Origin: a virus
Direction: 5' to 3' (one strand)
IMG/VR virus record: IMGVR_UViG_3300033148_007251
Location: 11,280 to 75,279 of that record
Length of the DNA: 64,000 bases
Positions within the stretch are counted from its first letter, which is position 1. Each line of letters begins with the position of its first letter. Below the pieces are notes generated by a model. The model saw nothing but the letters and a program-made list of their open reading frames with translations. It made no database searches and had not been told where the DNA came from. Positions 47,629 to 58,481 of the stretch are shown one piece after another. Position numbers and translations under genes: made by a program.

Positions 47629-48830
47629 TATTTTATTTCCTGTTCACATAATGGGCACGTAGAAGGCATTTCTTTAGCCAATTCTATTTGTAAATCATTT
47701 ATATTTTTAGTTTCTTTTTTAATTTTATGTTCTATTGATTTGGCATCATTTATAATAATACATAATAATTTTTTGTGTTTTTGTAAATTATCAAAATCAA
47801 TTTGATATTGAATCAATTCGTTTATTTGTTTTTTTGCTTTTATTAACTCGATGAATAGCACTCTTTGTTCATTGTTTTCATTCAAATTAAAAACAGTTTC
47901 ATTTAAAATATTCCAATAACCATTTTTAATATCAATTGTTTTATCAAGATTAATTAAATCTTGAATTTTTTCATTATGTATACAAATTAAATTGTTTTTA
48001 TTTAATTTATCTTGGTTTTTATTTAAATCATTTACTAATTTATTTAAATTGGTAAATGATTGATTTTGAGATCCTATGCTCTTTTTAAATATAATTAATT
48101 TTTTAATATCATCTTCATATTTTAATATTAAATTGATCTTATTTAAATTAGCATCATTAATGTGAAATTGATATATATTCTTATTTAAATTGTCGAATAA
48201 CATCGTTAAATTAGATATATCAAATTCGATGCTTTCTATTTCTTTAATTTTAATGCCGGCTTCAGTTAACCATGAATATTCTTTTAACTTTTCTTGTTTA
48301 TTTAATTTAATACCCTGTTGAATTAACAAATCTCTGTTTTTTTGCTTTAAAACCTTGGTGATATTTGTTTGCGTTACATCTATAATGTCTAATTTAACAG
48401 CCTTATTAATTTGTTTTCCAACTTCACCCGGTGTCAATTTTAAAAGAAAAGGTGTATCAAATTGTTTTTGTATATTTGTTTCAGGTATGTTTAATAAATT
48501 AGATATCTCTTCCGGAACCTTTGTCCCGAACCCTTCAAAAACATCTGTCTGTTTTGATTCTTTATTATCAACGCAATATATATTTTTTTTACCCTTTTCT
48601 CTAATAATTGTTTTTTGGTTATCAATATCAACGCTTACGGAAGTATCCCCTCCCCAATGCGAACGAAAACGATCACCTGTTGGCTTATTGGAGATTACCC
48701 AGTTCAACGCTCTTATGATGCTACTTTTTCCCTTACTAGATTCTCCAATTATAATATTGACGCCTGGATCAAAATCTAATTTTGTATTTTTATGACTTTG
48801 AAAATTTTTTATTTTGATTGATTTTATCAT
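47628..48830 (-). CDS. SbcC/Rad50 N-terminal half ending in the zinc hook
   Basis: IKNFQSH, GESSKGKS Walker A, Q-loop, coiled coil, terminal CPLC. Confidence 0.85.
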   Translation of the reverse strand: MIKSIKIKNFQSHKNTKLDFDPGVNIIIGESSKGKSSIIRALNWVISNKPTGDRFRSHWGGDTSVSVDIDNQKTIIREKGKKNIYCVDNKESKQTDVFEGFGTKVPEEISNLLNIPETNIQKQFDTPFLLKLTPGEVGKQINKAVKLDIIDVTQTNITKVLKQKNRDLLIQQGIKLNKQEKLKEYSWLTEAGIKIKEIESIEFDISNLTMLFDNLNKNIYQFHINDANLNKINLILKYEDDIKKLIIFKKSIGSQNQSFTNLNKLVNDLNKNQDKLNKNNLICIHNEKIQDLINLDKTIDIKNGYWNILNETVFNLNENNEQRVLFIELIKAKKQINELIQYQIDFDNLQKHKKLLCIIINDAKSIEHKIKKETKNINDLQIELAKEMPSTCPLCEQEIK

Positions 48831-49037
48831 AATTTTATAACCATTCTAACATGGATATACCGTGAATGTTGAGACTTTCCCAAAAGGTATTCCTCATCTT
48901 GCAATCTTTTTCATTTTCATATTTTAAACTTTGGCCGTAAAGCGGATGTCGCATTATCCCCTTAAGCCATAATATCTCTTTGTTATTTAAAGATAGCGTA
49001 GTTGTTGATCCATTTTTTATTTCCACTTTCATGTTAA

Positions 49038-49547
49038 TTACCTCTTTATTTCATCAATAATATTAAGTATTGCTTTAAAAGATTTATTCATTTTTCCACT
49101 TTTAGGATACACAGGAAGTTTCTTTCTATTTGGATATATTTGAAAGTAATATTTACAAATTTTGTTAAAATCACGTTTATTTATTTTCTCTGCTTTGGGT
49201 CGCTCATTTGGGTGAATGTACTTTGGATCAAGGGGCGGGGCCTCTAAATAATCAGCTAAATTCCTCAGGAACTCCGGTAATTGTATTAATTTGGTTAACC
49301 CATACCTTTTAAATGAGTTTGTTACTTTTCCCTCTACAACATTAGCATTTTTATGAATCACGCCTCTTAATAGCCCTTTTCCATCTTTTCCAAGCATATC
49401 CTTTTTTCTTTTGTGCTTATGGTCAAAAACGGCGTCTTTATAATCAATGGGTAATTTTAATATTGGACAGGTGCCCTTTTGTTTTACCCATTGATTATAT
49501 CGCAGTTCTTTTAATTGAGCATGGGTTAATGATATTAATTTAATCAT
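49038..49547 (-). CDS. Recombination endonuclease VII-like resolvase
   Basis: Q...CPI...FDHKH...GLLRGVIH..AN..EG. Confidence 0.8.
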   Translation of the reverse strand: MIKLISLTHAQLKELRYNQWVKQKGTCPILKLPIDYKDAVFDHKHKRKKDMLGKDGKGLLRGVIHKNANVVEGKVTNSFKRYGLTKLIQLPEFLRNLADYLEAPPLDPKYIHPNERPKAEKINKRDFNKICKYYFQIYPNRKKLPVYPKSGKMNKSFKAILNIIDEIKR

Positions 49548-49581
49548 TTTTTATTCCACTATTATATTATACAAGATTTTA

Positions 49582-50685
49582 CTAATATTTTCTTGTTCTT
49601 TTTAATTCTACACTCTCTTCGATTTCATTCCAAACGCAACCGGTAATATCTTGTAATTTTTTTTGTAATTTTTCATTTTCTATTTTTTCAATTAAAGACG
49701 CTTTTGTTTCTTCTATATTAAATTCTACAGCCTTTATATTTTGGCCCGCTTTTTTCCAATGTCCTGAATTAACAAGAAAGTCAATACAACTAGAAACATC
49801 ATCAATTCCATAACTGGCAAAAATATCAAATTCCACGTCTCTTAGTTTGCCGGTAATTTTGTTCTTGGTCACCTTAGCTATTATTGAATTTCCAATTTTT
49901 CTTTTTTGTTTTCTAACTTCTTTTACAAGGGTTTTTTTCTTATTTAACCACACTTGATGCGAGCTATAGAAAAAAGGGGCCAATCCACCGGAAGTCGTTT
50001 TCTTTGAACCGAACACAACACCAATCTTTGCTCTCTCTTGTTGAATGATAAACAAAACGCTTTTAGTATGGCTCATTTTTCCATTTATCATCCTTAAGGC
50101 TTCCCCTATGCCCTTGGCCTTTTCTGTTTTGAAACTGCCCTTGATTTCTTGAATAGCATCTGGATTTTTTGCTTTAATTAAAGCTTGCTGATATTCCCTT
50201 TGTAATTCTTCACTACTCGTAAGACTATCTAAGCTATCAAGAATATAAATAAATGGTTTTTCTTGTTTTGTAAAATTTAAAATATTACTTTTGAAATCTT
50301 GAATTGTTTCACTATGCAACGGTTCATCATCGTTATGTAAAGGTGACGTGATTCTCTCCGCTAATTTATTACCAAATAAATATTTAATATCAAATCCGTT
50401 ACAAGTCTCTTCGCTGTCATCATAAATAAATTCGTAATTATCAAATCGCTCATCTTGAGCGCATTCAGCTAACATTGTTAACATAAGCATTGTTTTTCCA
50501 CTGGCCGATCCCCCTGGCAAAGTAATAATTCGACCAAGGGCAAATGCACCAAACGGATTATCAGAACACGCAAGGTTCAACATGGTGCTTCCTGACGGTA
50601 TTAAAATAGATGTATCTATTCTCTTTCTTTTAATTTTTATATTAGCCGATTCTTCTACTTGACCTAATATTTTTCTTTTTATCAT
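49582..50685 (-). CDS. recA: RecA/UvsX-like recombinase
   Basis: IPSGS..LN, GGSASGKT, ILDSLDSL, TSGG.A..FYSS, KNK. Confidence 0.88.
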   Translation of the reverse strand: MIKRKILGQVEESANIKIKRKRIDTSILIPSGSTMLNLACSDNPFGAFALGRIITLPGGSASGKTMLMLTMLAECAQDERFDNYEFIYDDSEETCNGFDIKYLFGNKLAERITSPLHNDDEPLHSETIQDFKSNILNFTKQEKPFIYILDSLDSLTSSEELQREYQQALIKAKNPDAIQEIKGSFKTEKAKGIGEALRMINGKMSHTKSVLFIIQQERAKIGVVFGSKKTTSGGLAPFFYSSHQVWLNKKKTLVKEVRKQKRKIGNSIIAKVTKNKITGKLRDVEFDIFASYGIDDVSSCIDFLVNSGHWKKAGQNIKAVEFNIEETKASLIEKIENEKLQKKLQDITGCVWNEIEESVELKRTRKY

Positions 50686-50711
50686 TTTTTTAGTCTTTGT
50701 TTTATTTTTAA

Positions 50712-50740
50712 TAAAGGGGAATATTTCTATCCCCCTTTAT
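50712..50740. terminator. Intrinsic terminator-like hairpin
   Basis: TAAAGGGGA...CCCCTTTA between SSB and recA. Confidence 0.55.
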
Positions 50741-50764
50741 TATTGTTTTTGATTAAAAATCATA

Positions 50765-51979
50765 CTAAAACGGAACATCTTCCTCGTTTGCAACCGGTGT
50801 TCTTGGCCGCCTGCGTGGCCTTGATGGCTTATCTTCTTTTTCTTTCTTTAATTCCTCTTGCCTTGTAATACACTTCTGAAAAATATCCTCTTCACATTCT
50901 TCACATTCTTCACCGGTGTTACAATCAATTCCAAACTTTTTCCCTTCAGGGCATTCATTTTTGGGATTATTGCTGAATCTTTTTCTTGATGTTGCTGTTG
51001 GTGTTTTATCCTTAACATCGTCCTTAACATCGTCCTTAACATCGTCCTTAACATCGTCCTTAACATCGTCATTAACATCGTCCTTAACATCGTCCTTAAC
51101 ATCGTCATTAACATCGTCCTGAATCTTTTCTTCCTTTTGGGTAACATCATCGTCGAGGCCAAAATGAGCGTTGGCAACTTGTTCATAAGTCGGTATAATA
51201 AGCATTTTGTCAAGAGAGAAAACCTTATCCAGTGTATCTTCTGAATAAGATTCTCTTTCTTCAAATGAAATAGAATGCGGCTTGAGATAGTCTTTACCCC
51301 TAAATGTTTCTGTGCCACCTTTGAATTTAATTGACGCCCCCATTTCTAAATCACTAAAAGTTATGGTTTCTTCTTCATCCTCTAATGCTTCTTGTAGAAT
51401 TTTTTCAAACCAATGCCATGAAAAATTATCCCATAGTTGTATCCCCTTTTCCTCATCATTATGATCATAAATATTATAAAATGTTCTCCAACTCCATTTA
51501 AGAGATTGTATTTTCTTTTTGTCCTGTTCATCTTCATCCTTGCCCCACTCTTCATATAATTCTTCACAAATAGGACACTTCTTACCAAACGCATGCTTTA
51601 AACAAAGGAACATATCATTGCCTTCTCCGATATTACGATGAATAGGGACTTCAAGTTTATAATCCAAGAATCCAACTTCACTATATTCACCTAAAGTGCT
51701 TCCTGATACACTTTTAAGCATTTTGTATTTTTGGTTTGTAATTTCAAATGGCAAAATATCAATATGATTTTTACGACCAATCTTAAATCTTTTTATTTCT
51801 GTTCCATTAGCCTTAGAATAATCTAAAACCGATTTTATTCCAAAGGTTTTATTATCCTTTTCCTTAACTGATCTCTTTGTCCTGTTAGCTAATGCGGCCC
51901 TTCTTTGTTCTGGTGTAATTCTTGGCATCTTATTTCGCCTCCTTTTTGTTTTCGTTTTTGTTATTTGTTTTCTCTTCAA
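50765..51979 (-). CDS. gp32-like single-stranded DNA-binding protein
   Basis: H..IG...CL...GKKCPICE, acidic region, C-terminal EEDVPF. Confidence 0.8.
   Translation of the reverse strand: MKRKQITKTKTKRRRNKMPRITPEQRRAALANRTKRSVKEKDNKTFGIKSVLDYSKANGTEIKRFKIGRKNHIDILPFEITNQKYKMLKSVSGSTLGEYSEVGFLDYKLEVPIHRNIGEGNDMFLCLKHAFGKKCPICEELYEEWGKDEDEQDKKKIQSLKWSWRTFYNIYDHNDEEKGIQLWDNFSWHWFEKILQEALEDEEETITFSDLEMGASIKFKGGTETFRGKDYLKPHSISFEERESYSEDTLDKVFSLDKMLIIPTYEQVANAHFGLDDDVTQKEEKIQDDVNDDVKDDVKDDVNDDVKDDVKDDVKDDVKDDVKDKTPTATSRKRFSNNPKNECPEGKKFGIDCNTGEECEECEEDIFQKCITRQEELKKEKEDKPSRPRRRPRTPVANEEDVPF
51010..51118. repeat. 12-bp coding tandem repeat, DDV(K/N) x9
   Basis: (C/A)TTAACATCGTC units inside the SSB gene. 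Confidence 0.9.
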
Positions 51980-52090
51980 AAAAAGTTAAAAAAATTATTT
52001 TTGAAGCGACCCTTATTGAAATTCCAAAAAAAATAAATGCAAAAAATATTTTAAGCATTGTTTTTAATAATTCATATAATAATTCCATGA

Positions 52091-52582
52091 TTATTTCCGC
52101 ACCCTTTTGTTTAAGCTAGATCTTTCTTTACTGGACGATTCATCACTAATTCTTACCTCGATTGATTCACCTTGATTTTTTTGTAACTCTTCAATTGGTG
52201 AAGCAAAATAATTACCTATCCATAATTTAACTTCATTTTCAAGTGCTGATTTGCGATCATCAAATGCACGTAAAGCATTTTTAATCATATTCAGCTCATA
52301 TTCTGCATCAATTTGTTCATTTTTTGCCTCGATATAATCATTATTTTCACAACAAAAAGCTTCGATTTGCTGCACCGTAATCTTTGGATTTTCAGTCTTA
52401 CATTGTTTAATTAATTTTGCCTTAACAACAGCTACAGCTTCATTTATTTTTTTTGTAACTCTATCTAAATGAGATACCTCGGATGCATATTTATAACGTA
52501 AATTTGCATGATTTTTCCATTCGTTATGCAAATTGTTTAAATCTATTTTTAAATCTTTTTTAAAATTAAATTCTTTATCCAT
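52091..52582 (-). CDS. UvsY-like recombination mediator
   Basis: LKIDLNNL..EW, helical; adjacent to SSB and RecA. Confidence 0.55.
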   Translation of the reverse strand: MDKEFNFKKDLKIDLNNLHNEWKNHANLRYKYASEVSHLDRVTKKINEAVAVVKAKLIKQCKTENPKITVQQIEAFCCENNDYIEAKNEQIDAEYELNMIKNALRAFDDRKSALENEVKLWIGNYFASPIEELQKNQGESIEVRISDESSSKERSSLNKRVRK

Positions 52583-52786
52583 TTATTAATATTTCCTTTA
52601 TCTTATTATACAATATTTTTCTGTTTTTTATCTACTTTTTATTTTTTTCTTTTCCGCAAACAGTACATCTATATGTTGTTCTATCAACCTTTTGGTTATG
52701 AACCCTTATTGATTTTCCATATCGTTTATCTTGAAACGCATGTTCACATGTACATTTCATAAGCATAATTATCACCTCTTCCTTTT

Positions 52787-53722
52787 TTATATAGTTGTAT
52801 TGTGTGTTGCAAAAACGATCCCTGGCATGCCGGTATCATAAACATTTTCTCTAAAACAATCAAATATAAGGGCTGCCTTATCATTGCTATTTTTTAACAT
52901 CACTGCTGCCATATATCCAATGACGGATCGCCTAATTTTTTCCGGATCATATTTCTTTAATCCCTTTAAAATAGTTGTCATATTTTTCCAACTACCATTA
53001 TTTAACATCGCTTGACACAATTCTTTAATCTCTGCATCACTTACATTTATACTCTGTATTGACTTCAGCATTTGGTCTTCTGTAAGGTCTAATATCTGAT
53101 CTAATGACATAAGTATTTGCCGAGGGCAACCTTCTGATACCTCAATGATCTCATTTTTAACGTCATCAGGGACGTCAAATTCCATATCTTTAAGCACCCA
53201 TGATATTAATTCCATAGATTCTTTATCGTTTAATGGCTGAACTTCAAAACAACTACAGCGGTTCTGTATCGTTTTAATTATTTTATTTTTTTCTGTCGTA
53301 CAAAGTATAAAATATACATGATTTGGAGATTCTTCAAGGGGTTTTAGTAATGCATTTTGGAAATCTCGCGTGCCCATATGCGCCTCATCAAGCAAGTATA
53401 TTCTTGTTTTAGATAACAGCGGTTTGTAATGCATCGCCGACATGATTTCCCTTGCTGTATCAATCCCCCTAGCATTAGCTGCATTAATTTCTATGAAGTC
53501 AGAATTTAAGTTATTATTGATTCTTTCGGGACATCCGAGCTTAGAAGCTATTATACGGGCTATAGTTGTTTTGCCACATCCTGACATGCCTGATAAAAGA
53601 AACGCATGAGGAACGTCGTTTCTGTCCCTTTTAAGTATAGATTTAAGGCTTTTTACTATTTGTTTGTTGCCCACAACCTCACTGAATGAATGAGGCCTAT
53701 AATCTATGTTAAGTGAACTCAT
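52787..53722 (-). CDS. dnaX: Clamp loader, DNA polymerase III gamma/tau-like
   Basis: YRP..F.EVVGN, GMSGCGKTT, LDEAH, QNALLK.LEE, NRC. Confidence 0.9.
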   Translation of the reverse strand: MSSLNIDYRPHSFSEVVGNKQIVKSLKSILKRDRNDVPHAFLLSGMSGCGKTTIARIIASKLGCPERINNNLNSDFIEINAANARGIDTAREIMSAMHYKPLLSKTRIYLLDEAHMGTRDFQNALLKPLEESPNHVYFILCTTEKNKIIKTIQNRCSCFEVQPLNDKESMELISWVLKDMEFDVPDDVKNEIIEVSEGCPRQILMSLDQILDLTEDQMLKSIQSINVSDAEIKELCQAMLNNGSWKNMTTILKGLKKYDPEKIRRSVIGYMAAVMLKNSNDKAALIFDCFRENVYDTGMPGIVFATHNTTI

Positions 53723-54286
53723 TATTTTTCTTCTCCTTCTCCCTCTGCTATCATATCTTCAATTTTATTAATTGTCCACGCTTTTAATTTATTATATGTT
53801 TGTTCGATATCCTTCTTATTACAAGCCGCTTCTATAGAAATATCACACCTTAAAAATTCAAAGTTATCCAGATTAACAGTTTCTCCCCTGGATACTTTAA
53901 TTTTTATATCATCATTCATGATACACCTCTTTAAAATTTTCTGTACAAAATTTCATCTAACGTTCGTTTACAAAGAAAAAATTGTCGGCTGAACTGGGAT
54001 CTGCCTTCTTTGAAAAATCCTAAATTGAACTTAGCAATTCTCCATTCATTCTGTCGCAACCATCGGCTTGCTAATTTTTTTGATATCATAATTAATATTC
54101 TCTCCTTTTTTTGAAATTATTGTCTTCTATACTTTCCAAAACACAGTCAATAGCATATGCAATCTCATTTATGTCACCATTAGGAAAGGTTCGTTTAATA
54201 TACTTTTTGCAACATTTTACTGCATCACTACTGTAAAACTCCATCGCCATATTAAAATACTGATTGTTACAAGCATTATTTTTCAT
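53722..54286 (-). CDS. Small hypothetical proteins (53722-53919, 54092-54286)
   Basis: ORFs with RBS. Confidence 0.5.
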
Positions 54287-54334
54287 TTTGTTTTATCCTC
54301 ATTTTTGTATTATACAAAACAACCTGTATGTAGA

Positions 54335-54470
54335 GTTATGCGCCACACTGCCACAGTCGATGGAATCGAACCGTCATAAAGCATAATAATTTTGGTAATG
54401 TACACTCCCTTCTATTATTCAATAGCTTATTTCCACAATATGCGGAATCGAACCGCAAGTGGCGCATAAC
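54335..54470 (-). ncRNA. Candidate structured RNA with two tRNA T-arms
   Basis: 12-bp closing stem GTTATGCGCCAC/GTGGCGCATAAC; TGCGG-TTCGATT-CCGCA and GACGG-TTCGATT-CCATC. Confidence 0.65.
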
Positions 54471-54556
54471 AATGAGATAAACTCAATAAATGACAAATCC
54501 TTTATGTTATTTATCTCTCGTATTTCTATTATACAAGAAAAACTTTATTTTTTTTA

Positions 54557-57241
54557 TTAAAATTTTATATTTGGCAAGTATTTCTTCAATATCCTTCTGG
54601 AAGGTATTTCATTATTGTCAACTTCCATTTCTTCAAGCAAAAAATCCAATTTTGTTTTATTGATTTTTGAAGAACTAAAATCATTTCCGAAAAATCCTTG
54701 CGTCTTAGTTTTTTTAACTGATTTTAAACACTTATTTGCACCGGACTCACCGATTCCATTTAATTCTAAAAACGGTACGTACAGATTTTTATTATGAAAC
54801 ACCCAATTAATTGTATCTGAGTATTTTCTTTTAGGGGGAATAACTTCATATCCAGCTTTCCTAATTTCGTTTAACAATGTGTTCTTTTTTTTGTTTGGGT
54901 CGTAACTTGCCTCGTTCCATTCGTTGTGGGTTAAGCTCGCTGCATAAAATGCCTCTGGATAGTTTGATTTCAAATGCGCCGTCCAATATCCTATGAGCGC
55001 ATAAGCTACAGCATGCGAACGATTAAAACTGTAATTTGCATGTTTACCAAGTTCAATCCAAAAGTTTTCAGATTCTTTATGAGAAAAGGTACCCATTTTT
55101 TTGCACCCTTCCATAAACATCTTTTTAAAGGGTAAAAATTCTTTAACGTCTCGCTTTTTTCCAATAACCTTTCGTATCTTATCAGCAATGGATTCACTTA
55201 ACCCGGCAATTTTGGAAATGACTTTCATCACCTGTTCTTGAAAAATACAAATCCCGTACGTATCTTTTGTTATTTCTTCATATATAGGATGCAACTCTTC
55301 CCATTTTGCGCCATGTTTTCTTTTGACGAATTCTTCTGTGGCGCCGGAATCCATAGGGCCAGGTCGTGCAAGTGATATTGCCGCCACAATATCTTCAAAA
55401 GAATGCACTTTCATATGTACACACAAATCAGAGCATACTTTTCCACTTATTTGGAATAATCCAGATGTGTGACCATCATTGATTAATTTAAATGTCTTCT
55501 TATTGCCTAATGGTATTTTATTAAAATCAAAACTATCGTCATTTATAAGTCTCTGTGATTCCGCCAAAACAGATAAGGTAGATAACCCCAAAATATCCAA
55601 TTTCATTAAACCGACATACTCACTATCTGCCATTGACCAGTTACAAACGATTTTATCTTTACGCTTTATTAATACACACTTATCAGTATCTGTTAAATCT
55701 TCAGAAGATATAACCACCGCAGCAGCATGAGCTCCAGCAAATTTTGCCTGCCCCTCCAGCTTCAATATTAATTTCATGACATTTGGGTATTTTTTATTGA
55801 AATATTTCCCTTCTCTTGTATTGTTAATAGAATACTGAACATCACTATCATCATTTTTGCTTGGATAAATAGACTTTGCAAAAACACCAACTTCTTGTAA
55901 AGGGATATCAAAAACACGTGAAACATCACGAATAGCAGCCTTTGATTGCATTTTTCCTACAGTGCTTATGCCGCAAGTATAATTCTTTCCATAAGTATCA
56001 CCCAGATATTTGACAACTTTTCCACGAAATCGCTTCTCAAAATCTATGTCTATATCGGGCAATTCGTGTCTGGCATCATTAATAAAGCGAGAAAAAGACA
56101 ATTGGAATTTTACAGGGCAGACTTGAGTGATACCCATAAGATATGCAATAACAGAACCACTAACTGACCCCCTGCCAGGCCCAACAAATATATTATTTTG
56201 CTTTGCCCATTCTATTAAATCATAAACGATAAGAAAGTAACGAATAAACCCTTTTTTCTTTAATAAATTTATTTCCTTGTCATATCTTTTTATATATTCC
56301 TGTGACCAATTATCTATACCAAAAATATCTTTATAGCCTTGTGAACAAATATCCTCTAATAATTTTATTTCGTTTTGGCCTTCGAATCTTGGTGGTAACG
56401 GTAAAGATATTTCTTGTTTAGGTATCCTGAACCCCATACATTGCCTGGCGATTTTTACAGAATTCTTCATTGCCTGAATATAAATATCTTCTGTAAAATC
56501 GCCCTGCTTTTTAAATGCTTTAATCATTTCATCAGCAGTTCTTAGATGCAATCCTTTAAAACCAAAAGACCATCGTTTAGGGTCATCCCACTTGGATCGG
56601 CTTTGAATGGCTAATAAAACCTCCTGTGCTTCCCATTCTTCTTCATTTATATAGTGACAGTCATTTGTTGCAACAAACTGAATATCAGAGAATTTTATCG
56701 AAAGTTCTTTGATTTTATTATGTATTTTCTTTTGGGCAGGAATATCATGAGGCATTATTTCAAAGTAAACTTGTGTCTTTTTTTGCAATTGTATTAATAA
56801 ATTTTTTGAATCTGGAAGTAAGAGAAAGCTCCCCGCGCAGGCAGTGGCGATAATTAACCCAGACAAATCATGTGCCAATAATGTATTGTAGTCAATCCGT
56901 GGTTTATAGTAAAAGCCTTGTATGTTAGCAATTGTTAAAAGAGAGCATAATGTTTTCCAGCCGGATTGATTTTTAACCCAAATTGTTATATGCCCTCTTT
57001 TTTCACCTGGAGCCTTAATGTTCTTATCGGGAACAATATACAGTTCCGCACCTAAAACGGGATTGACACCTTGTTTATCACACTCTATTTGCCATTGCAA
57101 TAAATTGTCAATAGAACCGTGGTCTGTACACCCATTATAATTTTGGCCCAATTCTTTGGCCTTGGCTATATATTTATTTACAGAGCCATAACCATCTAAT
57201 AATGAAATTTCAGTGTGCAAGTGAAGGTGACAAAAGTTCAT
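54557..57241 (-). CDS. dnaE: DNA polymerase III alpha subunit
   Basis: HLHLHT..SLLDG PHP domain, GPGRGS, PDIDIDF, KLDILGL, YSFNRSHA. Confidence 0.95.
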   Translation of the reverse strand: MNFCHLHLHTEISLLDGYGSVNKYIAKAKELGQNYNGCTDHGSIDNLLQWQIECDKQGVNPVLGAELYIVPDKNIKAPGEKRGHITIWVKNQSGWKTLCSLLTIANIQGFYYKPRIDYNTLLAHDLSGLIIATACAGSFLLLPDSKNLLIQLQKKTQVYFEIMPHDIPAQKKIHNKIKELSIKFSDIQFVATNDCHYINEEEWEAQEVLLAIQSRSKWDDPKRWSFGFKGLHLRTADEMIKAFKKQGDFTEDIYIQAMKNSVKIARQCMGFRIPKQEISLPLPPRFEGQNEIKLLEDICSQGYKDIFGIDNWSQEYIKRYDKEINLLKKKGFIRYFLIVYDLIEWAKQNNIFVGPGRGSVSGSVIAYLMGITQVCPVKFQLSFSRFINDARHELPDIDIDFEKRFRGKVVKYLGDTYGKNYTCGISTVGKMQSKAAIRDVSRVFDIPLQEVGVFAKSIYPSKNDDSDVQYSINNTREGKYFNKKYPNVMKLILKLEGQAKFAGAHAAAVVISSEDLTDTDKCVLIKRKDKIVCNWSMADSEYVGLMKLDILGLSTLSVLAESQRLINDDSFDFNKIPLGNKKTFKLINDGHTSGLFQISGKVCSDLCVHMKVHSFEDIVAAISLARPGPMDSGATEEFVKRKHGAKWEELHPIYEEITKDTYGICIFQEQVMKVISKIAGLSESIADKIRKVIGKKRDVKEFLPFKKMFMEGCKKMGTFSHKESENFWIELGKHANYSFNRSHAVAYALIGYWTAHLKSNYPEAFYAASLTHNEWNEASYDPNKKKNTLLNEIRKAGYEVIPPKRKYSDTINWVFHNKNLYVPFLELNGIGESGANKCLKSVKKTKTQGFFGNDFSSSKINKTKLDFLLEEMEVDNNEIPSRRILKKYLPNIKF

Positions 57242-57243
57242 AC

Positions 57244-57468
57244 CTATTTATTCCTTTTCATAAATAAAATAAGTGAAACAAATAAAATGACTAACCATAT
57301 AAATTTAATAACAGCAATACAATAAATGCTTCCAGTTACGTTAATAAAATAATTTAATAACGGGTTCATTTCAACACAACCAAAATCCAATAACATCTTC
57401 GTTTGGATAAAATCGACAATGTTATAAAAAACAATTATAATATATAATAATGTTGTTATTAATTTCAT
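57244..57468 (-). CDS. DUF5658-like small membrane protein
   Basis: N.VD...T......G..EMNPLL with hydrophobic helices. Confidence 0.65.
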   Translation of the reverse strand: MKLITTLLYIIIVFYNIVDFIQTKMLLDFGCVEMNPLLNYFINVTGSIYCIAVIKFIWLVILFVSLILFMKRNK

Positions 57469-57470
57469 GT

Positions 57471-58475
57471 TTACTCCTCATCAGCAACCAAACAAATAAC
57501 GTGTTCAAAATTAATACCCTTAAACAATAGCCTTTCACCCACAATTACTGATTTCAAATTCCTTATTATGGCCATAAAGAAATTAGGATTTACCAGAAAC
57601 TTTATTTCTTCTCCCGTCCAATCAACCTTAATGTTTTCAGACATAGATCCGCTGATCCCTTTTCCGTCACAACTAAGATTATTATTCTTAATCTTAATAG
57701 TTACAAACCTATTTAATTCAAAACTATCAGTTACCAATGATGATGAACGATCAACGGCTTCATCTATTGAATCAGGCAAATCGATTGATTCCCCATCTAT
57801 TTCAAAAAACTCTTGTATATTTTTAGGAAACTCCAAATTAACCATTCTGCAACAAAATGTTGTGCTTTCTTCATTAATAAAATAAATCCATCCATTATCA
57901 GTTATGTTATATTTTGTAGCGTTATATTTAATAAGGATTTTAGCATTTTCAACGGGAAGCAAAAAGCTTTTTTCAATTTTATCAAGCATTGTTTTTTTGG
58001 TAGCTCTATAACCATCAGTTGAATAAACAATATCATCAACAATATATAAGCATTTAAACGCCGGTGGTGATAAATTATTGCCAGTAGAAAATATACACAT
58101 TGATACAGATTCATTAAAGTCTTTTGGTAAATTTATCCATTCGTTATTTTCTTCTATTGGTTGCATATTTATTTTTGGATCAATATTCATTTTGATGCTA
58201 ATTGTTTTCCCTTTAATATCAATTTTATTCTTTTTTAAATTAATTTCTAATTCATCATCTTTCAGTTTACACAATAGTTTATAAAAATCATTTGCTTTCA
58301 CTGCGCCTGTAAATCCGCTTTCAAAATTTTGATTTATAAGTGTTTCTCCATTAAATGACCAAACCTTATCATTTTCAAAAATGAAACAATCAACCTGAGG
58401 GATTGCTGATTTTAATGTTGTTCCCGGTAATACATTGGTTAACGCTGATATGAAATTTTTTCTATTTATTATCAT
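57471..58475 (-). CDS. dnaN: Sliding clamp (beta subunit-like)
   Basis: 334 aa, STDGYR motif, next to dnaE. Confidence 0.8.
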   Translation of the reverse strand: MIINRKNFISALTNVLPGTTLKSAIPQVDCFIFENDKVWSFNGETLINQNFESGFTGAVKANDFYKLLCKLKDDELEINLKKNKIDIKGKTISIKMNIDPKINMQPIEENNEWINLPKDFNESVSMCIFSTGNNLSPPAFKCLYIVDDIVYSTDGYRATKKTMLDKIEKSFLLPVENAKILIKYNATKYNITDNGWIYFINEESTTFCCRMVNLEFPKNIQEFFEIDGESIDLPDSIDEAVDRSSSLVTDSFELNRFVTIKIKNNNLSCDGKGISGSMSENIKVDWTGEEIKFLVNPNFFMAIIRNLKSVIVGERLLFKGINFEHVICLVADEE

Positions 58476-58481
58476 CTTTAT

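Noticed and set aside
50848-51318. MLRT/TSSL repeat ORFs and a possible CRISPR-like array
   Set aside because: A 12-bp coding VNTR with no spacers; the other frames are shadows
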